The notes under the pieces were generated by a model. That model had not been told where the DNA came from. It searched no databases and saw only the letters and a program-made list of their open reading frames with translations. Source: Spirochaetota bacterium (GTDB taxonomy: Bacteria; Spirochaetota; Spirochaetia; Treponematales; UBA12059). Taken from it: DNA of 45,677 nt. A program made the position numbers and the translations under genes. The stretch is taken from the NCBI GenBank assembly GCA_018815555.1, contig JAHIWF010000158.1, positions 1 to 45,677 on the forward strand, written 5' to 3'. This document shows, one piece after another, positions 17,412-25,526 of the stretch; position 1 is the first letter of the stretch; every line of letters starts with the position of its first letter.

Positions 17412-19980
17412 CTCGCATACCCCCGATTCCGTTTTGCAGCCAGGTTACAATTGCATCATACTCAAATTGACTAGTAAGCCGCAACAGTTCATCGGCCAGG
17501 GGCTCGCTTGTCTTACGGATTTCTGCAATCAGTTCCCGTATAAGCTGATCATCAAGCATCGCAATTGATTGATATAAGCGCATTGCCAAAACCGGATCGA
17601 GCCCGGCCAGATTTTCCGGGACAAGACAACTGACTTCGGCTTCATATTTATGGTGCGCATGGCCTGATTCATCCTGGTCCGCATATATAAAACGCGCATC
17701 AAGCAGGCCGGCCATCACCCGGAATATCTCTTCATTCTTAAATGGTTTTATTACAATACCATCACATCCGCTTTCAAGCACCCTGGTCCTGGTGTCATAA
17801 AAAGAATCGGCGGTAATCGCCGCAATCGGCACCCGGTACCACTGTCCCATTGGATTAGCCAGCAATTCATAACGGCGTATAGCCTTGATAGTTTCATAAC
17901 CGTCCATTTCCGGCATATGTATATCCATCCAGACAAAATCCGGCTTCCACTTTTTAAAAGCATCGAGTGCAATTTTACCGTTTTCAGCGGTTTTTACCGA
18001 GAAACCTACCGAAAGCAGTAAATCTTCCAGCAACCTGCGGTTGTCACCATCGTCTTCGGCTATCAGCACCCTGTACTCGCGCTGGCCGGGCTGAAGCTTA
18101 CGTACCATTCTGGCCGGCCTGGTTAATATTCCTGAGCTAAAGCCCTGAACGGCCTCGCCTGCAGGCAGGCAGAATGAAAAAACCGAACCCTTTCCCGAAT
18201 GACTTTGCAGGTTTAATTCGCCGCCCAGCAAGGCCACATATTCGCGGGTAATCGCCAGGCCCAGCCCGGAACCCTGCCCCATCGAAGTGCTGAAAATCTG
18301 CTCAAAAGGCTGAAAAATCCGTTCCTGATCTTCTACTGCAATACCAACCCCGGTATCACGCACTTCGAAACAAATGGCCGGATTGCGCTCAGCTCCTAGC
18401 GCTACTGCCGCGAGATCGGCCGGTCGAACCAGGCTTACACTCATTGTTACTGTACCACTTTGGGTAAATTTGATGGCGTTTCCCAACAGATTTACCAAAA
18501 TCTGATTTAGCTTTGCCGAATCGGTGCTAATCCTGACAGGCAGTCCGGTCTCCAGTGCCAGCCTTAGTTCCAATCCCTTCTGTACAGCTCGATGGCTATA
18601 CAAATCCATCAAACCCTGTAAAAAATCATCCAGGGCTATAGTCTGTAGGTGCAGCTCCACCCGACCAGCCTCAATTTTGGAGATTTCCAGAATATCATTG
18701 ATAAGCGCAAGCAAATGTCCTCCACTGCGGTTTATCACAGCCAGACGTTCCCGGTGTTCTGCCGGCAGCTTCAGGTCATGCCCCATCAACTGCGTAAATC
18801 CCAAAATAGCGTTTAGTGGTGTTCGCAATTCATGGGTCATATTGGCCAGGAAATTACTTTTTGCCCGGTTGGCCAAACGGGCTTCGTCCCGGGCTTGTGT
18901 CAGCTCGGCTGTCCGTTCCATGATGGAATCCTCCAGATCGATCTGATACTTGGCCAGATTCTCTTTCTCGTCACGCACCAAGCCTATAAGATGCAGCAAT
19001 TCCAGCGCAAAACTGCGAATCAAGGCATGGTACTGGATGTTTTCATCAAATTGCAGCGGCTTTTCCGAAGCATTGTGCAGCACTTCTGCCAAGGCCGGTA
19101 TCATTGAATCCAGCATAAGGACAGGATCACTCCCGGCTGCAGCAATAGATTTTGACAAACGCTGGGTAAACATCAAAAGCTCGTCATGTTCCCGGCGAAG
19201 CATTTCGAAATCAGAATGAATCCGGCTGGTGCGCCGGTTGACTATTGCGATGACTATCAGCAGAAGAATGGCAACACTGCCGAACAAAAGCATATCACTA
19301 CTGATATCCTGGAACACCAGCAGCTGTCCGCCGGCTATAGCCGTGATACTTTTCCCGACCACCAGATAGAGTTTCCCGTCATCGATGCGCAATAACCCAG
19401 TTTGTGGTTCCCTACCTAGCCAATCAGGATTATCAGAGTACCGGATATGTTCGTCGGACACAATGGCCAGTCGGGTTCCACTGGCCAGGGTAGAGGGGAA
19501 AAAATTATCCAGCCGGAAAGAATGCACCTGATAGTAACCCGGATAGCTCTTGACCAGGTGTACCCGCTGCTGGCCATCCAGCAGATCCTGGTAAAAAATA
19601 ATCAAAAGTTCACCAGATTCAAGTTTGCTAATTCTGGTAAAAAACCCGCTTTCACGCAGATCCAGCCCATTCATCAGCGGATCGGGCGACCGGAGCAGCG
19701 TTCCGCCGGCACTGATCCGCAGCTCATGTTCGGGCAGCGGCAGGTCGCCAAACCGGCGGGTTCCGTCATCCATGGTCATTTCAAGCCGGTCGAGCCGTGC
19801 AAGAAAATAGTCACGCCACAGTGTAATGACGCCATTTAGGTGAAGACTGTTTATAATAAGGAAAAAAACCAGGAACAGCAGAGCCATACCTATCAGCACC
19901 GCCCGGCTTATATTGAGTGTCTGAAGAATCTTGCGGTAAAGTGTGCTGATGTTTCGGGTAGTACCCTGTATGTTTGTCAT
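17404..19980 (-). CDS. membrane hybrid sensor histidine kinase (2 TM, HisKA, HATPase, REC)
   Basis: Two hydrophobic helices around an extracytoplasmic region; MTHELRTPLN, NLLGNAIKFT, DTGVG, GSGLGL; AEDD...WMDIHMP...IKPF; 8-nt overlap with the next gene. Confidence 0.9.
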   Translation of the reverse strand: MTNIQGTTRNISTLYRKILQTLNISRAVLIGMALLFLVFFLIINSLHLNGVITLWRDYFLARLDRLEMTMDDGTRRFGDLPLPEHELRISAGGTLLRSPDPLMNGLDLRESGFFTRISKLESGELLIIFYQDLLDGQQRVHLVKSYPGYYQVHSFRLDNFFPSTLASGTRLAIVSDEHIRYSDNPDWLGREPQTGLLRIDDGKLYLVVGKSITAIAGGQLLVFQDISSDMLLFGSVAILLLIVIAIVNRRTSRIHSDFEMLRREHDELLMFTQRLSKSIAAAGSDPVLMLDSMIPALAEVLHNASEKPLQFDENIQYHALIRSFALELLHLIGLVRDEKENLAKYQIDLEDSIMERTAELTQARDEARLANRAKSNFLANMTHELRTPLNAILGFTQLMGHDLKLPAEHRERLAVINRSGGHLLALINDILEISKIEAGRVELHLQTIALDDFLQGLMDLYSHRAVQKGLELRLALETGLPVRISTDSAKLNQILVNLLGNAIKFTQSGTVTMSVSLVRPADLAAVALGAERNPAICFEVRDTGVGIAVEDQERIFQPFEQIFSTSMGQGSGLGLAITREYVALLGGELNLQSHSGKGSVFSFCLPAGEAVQGFSSGILTRPARMVRKLQPGQREYRVLIAEDDGDNRRLLEDLLLSVGFSVKTAENGKIALDAFKKWKPDFVWMDIHMPEMDGYETIKAIRRYELLANPMGQWYRVPIAAITADSFYDTRTRVLESGCDGIVIKPFKNEEIFRVMAGLLDARFIYADQDESGHAHHKYEAEVSCLVPENLAGLDPVLAMRLYQSIAMLDDQLIRELIAEIRKTSEPLADELLRLTSQFEYDAIVTWLQNGIGGMRDE

Positions 19981-20152
19981 GCTTATCTTTCGACCGACTG
20001 CAGCGCGAACTGTCGCAGCAGTCCAGCCCGGGCTACAGGCATGCAGAGTAAAAAATGCTGACAGTTCTGGCGTATCATCCCGGCCACCTCGTTCCAGTTC
20101 TGAGTTTGATGCAGGAGCAGCCTGAAATCAAGTGACCGGGGCAAAAATCATG

Positions 20153-20905
20153 CTACAGCTGTACGCCGGCTTCATCCAATGCCAGAACCTCGTATACCTC
20201 TGTTGTTTCTCCGGCGCCAAGCACCGAAAGGGTTTCTCTAAACCCCAGCCGCAAGGCGGCCCGCACCGGCTCTATCGCCGAAGCGCTGGCGGCAACCAGG
20301 CTGGTGGTTTTGGTTTTTGCCCACTTCTGCAGCACCGAAGCCATGTTTACCGTATCGCCAAGAATATCCAGTCTGGCATACAGAGGGTGACCGATACTGC
20401 CCATCCACACCTGCCCGCTGGCAAGCGTATAGCGCGCCGTAAACGGCTGCGACCGCCGGGCGGCGAATACCGCGCGGAAAGCCCGCAACTGATGCTGCGC
20501 GCCAATAAACACCGCCAAGAGCTCGTCACCTATATATTTGACAGGCAGACCGTCCTGGGCCATCACTTGCTCGGTGAGTGGATAGAAAAACGTATTCAGG
20601 GAGATAGCCAGATCGGCGGCTGATTGTTTGCAGGCCAGACTGCTGAAATCCTGCAGGTCGGCAAAAAGCACCGTAGCCGCAACCGTACGCTGGTCGCGCC
20701 AGTTGGAACATAACAGTGTATCGATGGATACACCGAGAATTTCCGACAGCTGCGGCAACATGGCAATGTCCGGCGCATTTTCGCCGCGCTCCCACTTGGA
20801 AACAGCCTGCGCGCTTATCTGCAGTGCGGCGGCCAGATCATTCTGGGTAAAGCCCAGCCTGGACCTATAAGTTTTAATAACAGAACCGATATCCTCGAGC
20901 AGCAT
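20153..20905 (-). CDS. XRE-family HTH fused to a class III adenylate/guanylate cyclase-like domain
   Basis: TQNDLAAALQISAQAVSKWERGENAPD HTH; VLFADLQDFS, VKYIGDELL, LDILGDTVNMASVL; AGGAGG SD. Confidence 0.85.
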   Translation of the reverse strand: MLLEDIGSVIKTYRSRLGFTQNDLAAALQISAQAVSKWERGENAPDIAMLPQLSEILGVSIDTLLCSNWRDQRTVAATVLFADLQDFSSLACKQSAADLAISLNTFFYPLTEQVMAQDGLPVKYIGDELLAVFIGAQHQLRAFRAVFAARRSQPFTARYTLASGQVWMGSIGHPLYARLDILGDTVNMASVLQKWAKTKTTSLVAASASAIEPVRAALRLGFRETLSVLGAGETTEVYEVLALDEAGVQL

Positions 20906-21012
20906 GTATGCCTCCTGTGCTGTGTTGGCTTAAGCATAACACGGCGGACGGCACAAATAAATGACGCAATCAGACAGTCGGATCAACCAGCGCGCCATTT
21001 CCGGTGCGGCGA

Positions 21013-21744
21013 TTACTTCAAGCTGCGGATGCGCTGCAGCTCGGCGTCCATAACCTCGCGGCTGCGCAGGGCCAAATCGGCCGGCTTGTCTTCGGTGCTT
21101 ACCAGAATTGGTGGCAAAATGTGAATGTAAATCGGATGGCGGCAGAGTGCGTTAAAACCCTTCCTGGGCAGCACCTGATACGGCCCGTCGATAACCACCG
21201 GCAGCAAGGAAGTTCCGGTGCTGCTGGCCGAGCGGAAAGCGCCTTTTTTAAATTCACCCAGTTCGCCGTCTCTGGTGCGCGTACCTTCGGGGAACACAAG
21301 CAGCGAGTCGCCTTTCTGCAGCAGCGTTTCCAGGCGGCGTATCGCGTCAAACTGGCTTTTCTGATTTTTACGGTCCACCAGCAAATGGCCGCTCAGAAAC
21401 AGATTCCAGCCGATTATCGGTACAAAACCCAGAATTTTCTTGCCTATCATCTTAACCGGATAGAACAGACGGAAGGCGATAAGCACATCGATGAGTGATT
21501 GATGGTTCATGATGACCACATGCGGCTTGCTGCGGTCCAGATGCTCGCGCCCCTGGATTTTTACCTTCCACAGCGGGCTCAGCCACAGGGCAAAGGCACA
21601 CCAGAGTCCGGAATGGTAATGCATAACCACCCGGCGGCGGTCAAAAAGCGCGGTAAGCACGAACAACACCAGCTGAATCGGTATGAACAGCAGAAAACAC
21701 AGGGCAATTTCAAACCAGGTAAACAGCGACATCAGTGCCAGCAT
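21013..21744 (-). CDS. plsC: 1-acyl-sn-glycerol-3-phosphate acyltransferase
   Basis: NHQSLID (HX4D), VDR, FPEGTR, FKKGAF, LLPV. Confidence 0.85.
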   Translation of the reverse strand: MLALMSLFTWFEIALCFLLFIPIQLVLFVLTALFDRRRVVMHYHSGLWCAFALWLSPLWKVKIQGREHLDRSKPHVVIMNHQSLIDVLIAFRLFYPVKMIGKKILGFVPIIGWNLFLSGHLLVDRKNQKSQFDAIRRLETLLQKGDSLLVFPEGTRTRDGELGEFKKGAFRSASSTGTSLLPVVIDGPYQVLPRKGFNALCRHPIYIHILPPILVSTEDKPADLALRSREVMDAELQRIRSLK

Positions 21745-21874
21745 GGAACTTCCTCGTCAGACGGGCTAGTTCTGACAGTAGCGGCTGGCCGGCCAAAAGT
21801 CAAGTCGCCCGGCATGCCGCCGCCGTGCCGGTGTTGCCGTGCCGATGCCGCGCCCCGGGGGCAGGCCCTACTTG

Positions 21875-21903
21875 TTGAATATATTCATTTTTTAATATAT
21901 ATT
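21875..21903 (+). promoter_or_regulatory. promoter with palindromic operator, likely leaderless
   Basis: TTGAAT-17-TATATT, 6 nt, ATG 21910; palindrome TGAATATATTCA (21876-21887) over the -35. Confidence 0.6.
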
Positions 21904-21909
21904 GATGCA

Positions 21910-22410
21910 ATGACCAGACCAGCCCGCATCCAAGCCCTTATTTCGCTCATTTTTGTAGTATCAGTTGCTGTTGGCGGCTTTTTTATTCCCTATATCGGCT
22001 TTGCCGTAGCCCTGGTAATGCTTGTCGCGCTTATTATGACCCTGATAAAACCCCGCTCGTTCTGCACCTACGCCTGCCCGCGCGGCAAAGCGTTGGGCCT
22101 GGCCCTTAAGCCATTCAGCCGCGGCAAGCCCCTGCCAAAAGGTTTTGCAACAGCCGGTACCCGCCGCGCCTTATGCGGCTTTATGATGGTCTGCGTAATC
22201 AGCAGCATTGTGCGCCTGTTTCAGATACCGGCGGCGCTTGGTACATTTTTCTGGTCCGTGTGCGTTATTTCGCTGCTTGGCGGCGTAGCTCTGGGTCTGC
22301 TGTACCGGCCGCGGGCCTGGTGCGCTGTCTGCCCGATGGCCACGCTGCAGGAAACCATCGGGGGTTTTCGCCGGCCGGCAGCAACGCAAGCCGCAGGCGA
22401 AAAATCCTGA
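21910..22410 (+). CDS. small membrane 4Fe-4S-binding (NapH/Fer4_5-like) protein
   Basis: About 4 TM; FCTYACPRG and WCAVCPM motifs; the upstream 137 codons in the track are antisense to plsC or intergenic. Confidence 0.78.
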   Translation: MTRPARIQALISLIFVVSVAVGGFFIPYIGFAVALVMLVALIMTLIKPRSFCTYACPRGKALGLALKPFSRGKPLPKGFATAGTRRALCGFMMVCVISSIVRLFQIPAALGTFFWSVCVISLLGGVALGLLYRPRAWCAVCPMATLQETIGGFRRPAATQAAGEKS

Positions 22411-22431
22411 AGCAAGCTGATTCACGCTGCC

Positions 22432-22460
22432 GGGCAGCCCTGCCCCAGGCAGAGCCGCCC
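22432..22460. terminator. hairpin between convergent genes
   Basis: GGGCAGCCCTGCC-CCA-GGCAGAGCCGCCC; 13-bp stem with two G-U pairs on the minus strand. Confidence 0.5.
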
Positions 22461-22472
22461 AGACTGAAGCAA

Positions 22473-23345
22473 TCAGGGTTTCAGTGTATCCAGCAGCGCC
22501 TGCAAGGCTGTTTTTGCTACTGAAAATTCAACACCAGCGGCTGTTGCCGCATCGCGTACACTCGTAGTATTGGCACCGGGCTCGAAGCCGATAGCTGCCT
22601 GAACCTGTTCTTTAGTCAGGCCCCACTGATACAAATCGTAGAAAGTAGTCTTGCCTACTACTGTCATGGCAGTGCCGGTACCCGTGCCCGTTCCGATACC
22701 GCTGCCTTCGCCGGCTGGTGTCGGAGTGTGTTCTTCCTCTGCAGCTGTTTCGGCGCTGCCGGTTTCCGCAGCCTCGGCAGCTGTGTCTACCTTCCCCCCA
22801 GCCTCCTCAGGCGTTTCGGCAGCCTCCTCAGACAGGTTCGCACCAGCCAAAGCAGTCTTGAATTCCGCAGGCACCTCAAATGCCGCCAGGTCAGCACGAT
22901 TCAAGCCTTTTTCGCTTACCAGATACTGAATGGCCCCAGGGGGCAGCAGGGTGCCCACCTCGGCCTCAAAAGGCAAGCCGGTATACAAGGCCGTAAACAA
23001 ACGTACCGACCCGGTACCTATTTCAATATCTTCCGGCAGCACGGGTACATATAATTCCTCAAGCAAATTTACCCGGTCGGCAGGCGCGAAGCTATGCTTC
23101 GCTGAAGAAAACGCTGCGGCTGCGTCCGCTGCCGGCAGGGCAAAGACCCGCTCGATATCCAGCCAGGTATATGAACCGCGGATATCCGCCGGGTTTGGCA
23201 TTCCGGCAAACTCTCCGGTCTTGAATTTAACCGGTTCTTTGGTGGATTCAGTGGCCCAATAGCCTACAGCCTTGGCGATCATGATGCCGCCGAAAATACC
23301 GGCCACAACCAGCACAGCAAGTAAAGATGTTTTAACCCGGATCAT
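22473..23345 (-). CDS. membrane-anchored hypothetical protein with an acidic Ala/Glu/Thr/Gly linker
   Basis: N-terminal TM; ATGA overlap with the upstream Fe-S gene; two globular parts joined by EEAAETPEEAGG...GTGTGTGT. Confidence 0.75.
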   Translation of the reverse strand: MIRVKTSLLAVLVVAGIFGGIMIAKAVGYWATESTKEPVKFKTGEFAGMPNPADIRGSYTWLDIERVFALPAADAAAAFSSAKHSFAPADRVNLLEELYVPVLPEDIEIGTGSVRLFTALYTGLPFEAEVGTLLPPGAIQYLVSEKGLNRADLAAFEVPAEFKTALAGANLSEEAAETPEEAGGKVDTAAEAAETGSAETAAEEEHTPTPAGEGSGIGTGTGTGTAMTVVGKTTFYDLYQWGLTKEQVQAAIGFEPGANTTSVRDAATAAGVEFSVAKTALQALLDTLKP

Positions 23346-24238
23346 TCTGCGGCCTCCTCGTTAGCGCCGATGGCGGCAACTTTCATGCGGGGAAGAGCGC
23401 CGGCAGCCAGTACCACGGTATCAGCTACCGGGCAAGCTTCCTCACTGCTGCACTTCATGCAGGTGATGCACTGATGGTCACGCACTGTACCGGCAGTCGA
23501 CACCTTGATATTCATGGGACATTCCCGGTCGCAGGCTTTGCAGTCGATGCAGGTTTTGGCTACTCGCTTGATGCCGAAAATGCGGAACAGGTTAAAAATG
23601 CCCTGAAATGCGCCGTAGGGGCAGGCGTATTTGCAGAACGGCCGCTCTACAAAAAGTGACAATACCAGAGTGACCACCAGAATGACCACGCCGGTGAGGG
23701 CGACCTCGTGTGTCCAGAAATTGAACAGTGCAAAGTAGGGATCATACTCCTGGAAAAACAACTTGCCGCTTACAATGGTCATCCAGGTAACCCAGATCAG
23801 TGTCGCATAGCGGAGATAACGCAGGACTTTATCCAGGCGCCTGGGCACGAAATTGTTGTAACGTTTTTTAAACAACTTGCGGCCGATCGCTCCAAACCAT
23901 TCCTGTATGCTGCCCATCGGGCATACCCAGCCGCAGATTACCGGCCCGAACAGTACGCTCAGAACCAGCGCAATCACCGCAAGAGCTACCGAGGCTTCAT
24001 GGATCTTGCTTACAAAGCGGCCGGCTGTTACCAGCTGCCAGAAACTGACAACTCCGCCAAAGGGGCAGATTGCGTGCAATGAAGCGCCCTGCAACAAGAA
24101 TGGCTGCTCGACTCCAAGCTCCTTGATAGCGCCGGTAGTCGCGATCAGCGCCACCAGCACAAAGAAAAAAATCTGCACTCCCCGCCGCAGCCAGGAGACT
24201 GTTTTACGCCTTTTCGGGGCAGCTGCCTTGTCTTTCAT
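23342..24238 (-). CDS. membrane 4Fe-4S ferredoxin-type protein (NapH/MauN/YccM-like)
   Basis: HAICPFG, CGWVCPMG, FCKYACPYG, CIDCKACDRECP, CITCMKC...ACP; GGAGG SD; own promoter TTGAGA-17-TATACT at 24271-24299. Confidence 0.87.
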   Translation of the reverse strand: MKDKAAAPKRRKTVSWLRRGVQIFFFVLVALIATTGAIKELGVEQPFLLQGASLHAICPFGGVVSFWQLVTAGRFVSKIHEASVALAVIALVLSVLFGPVICGWVCPMGSIQEWFGAIGRKLFKKRYNNFVPRRLDKVLRYLRYATLIWVTWMTIVSGKLFFQEYDPYFALFNFWTHEVALTGVVILVVTLVLSLFVERPFCKYACPYGAFQGIFNLFRIFGIKRVAKTCIDCKACDRECPMNIKVSTAGTVRDHQCITCMKCSSEEACPVADTVVLAAGALPRMKVAAIGANEEAAE

Positions 24239-24315
24239 GGTTCCTCCGCGTTGTTATTCATTCACGGAGCAGTATAGTTTGACAGAACCCCTATCTCAAG
24301 CGAAACGGGCCATCT

Positions 24316-25521
24316 TCACACAATCTTCATGGATGCTTCAAGCTTTTCATAATAATTGATAACCTGACGCACATAACGCCGTTTTTCGGCATAGCTGCGC
24401 GGAAAGAACGAGCGCTTAAAGCCATTTATAATCAGGTCTTTCAGCTGGTGCGCGTTGATGTCGAAGTTTTCAGTAGCCAGGCACAATTCATTGGTTACGG
24501 TAGTATTGGAAACCAGGCGGTTGTCGGTGCAAAGGGTAATGGACAGCTGATTGTCCAGCATGCGCTGCAGGGGATGTTTGGCAACATGATCAATTTCCGG
24601 CACCGTCTGCAGGTTGCTGGTAAGGCATACTTCCAGGGTAATTCGCTTTTCAGCGATATAATTGATCAGATTATCAACATAGCGGTCTTTGTCCCTGATA
24701 TCGGAGGACAGGATTTTCGATGTATCAAAAAGAAAAAGGCCATGACCGATACGGTCGGCATGCAGCTTGGTTATGGCCTGGAATATCGATTCAGGCCCGT
24801 AGGCTTCGCCGGCGTGTACGGTCTTCATCATAAAGTGTTTGTGCACATGATCGTAGGACTCGCGGTGATTGTCGGCCGGATAGCCGTATTCGCTGCCGGC
24901 CAGATCAAAGCCAACCAGCTGGATGTCGGTATCGCGGCGGATGGCTACGGCACTGCGGGCCAGCTCCAGCGACACATCGCGGATTACTTCGCGCGAGCCG
25001 GAATATTTATGCAGCCCGAAGAACTGCTTGTAATATGGCGAGAATTTTTCATTGCAAAAGCGCATGGCACAGGCGATGATGCCGTATTCGAAACCCGGCT
25101 CGTCCTCCGGTACCTGCCGACGTATTTCCGCTCTGGCGCGCTTGAGCCCCCGGTCGGCGGCACCAAGCACCTCCTCGATCGACAGCTGCCCGTTCATAAG
25201 CAACTGCGGCGCAAAACGCGGCTCGATGTACCAGACTCCTTCAGCAAAATTGTCCATGGCCAGTTCGTAGGAAATCCGCTCGATGGCTTCAGCACTGCGC
25301 ATCACGGCACAGGTATAGGCAAAACCTTTCAGGTACTCGTTCAGATCGGCATAGCGGTCCTTGAACACGGTTTCGCGCAGACCGGCTTCGGTATAGCTGG
25401 GCAGCTCCACTCCAGCTTCTCGGGCTAATTCGATAAGCGTAGACAGCCGCATCGAACCGTCCAGATGCAAGTGTAAATCGGTTTTGGGCAGTTTGGCCAG
25501 AAATTCTACAGGGTAACGCAT
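24316..25521 (-). CDS. add: adenosine deaminase family protein
   Basis: LPKTDLHLHLDGS, YIEPRFAP, GFDLAG, TVHAGEAYG, RIGHG, LEVCLTSN, CTDN. Confidence 0.87.
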   Translation of the reverse strand: MRYPVEFLAKLPKTDLHLHLDGSMRLSTLIELAREAGVELPSYTEAGLRETVFKDRYADLNEYLKGFAYTCAVMRSAEAIERISYELAMDNFAEGVWYIEPRFAPQLLMNGQLSIEEVLGAADRGLKRARAEIRRQVPEDEPGFEYGIIACAMRFCNEKFSPYYKQFFGLHKYSGSREVIRDVSLELARSAVAIRRDTDIQLVGFDLAGSEYGYPADNHRESYDHVHKHFMMKTVHAGEAYGPESIFQAITKLHADRIGHGLFLFDTSKILSSDIRDKDRYVDNLINYIAEKRITLEVCLTSNLQTVPEIDHVAKHPLQRMLDNQLSITLCTDNRLVSNTTVTNELCLATENFDINAHQLKDLIINGFKRSFFPRSYAEKRRYVRQVINYYEKLEASMKIV

Positions 25522-25526
25522 CGATC

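Noticed and set aside
21810-21860. TGCCG/GCC-rich repeats
   Set aside because: Irregular low-complexity sequence; no constant repeat-spacer structure, so not CRISPR or iterons
24448-25428. 326-aa plus-strand ORF
   Set aside because: Antisense shadow of adenosine deaminase
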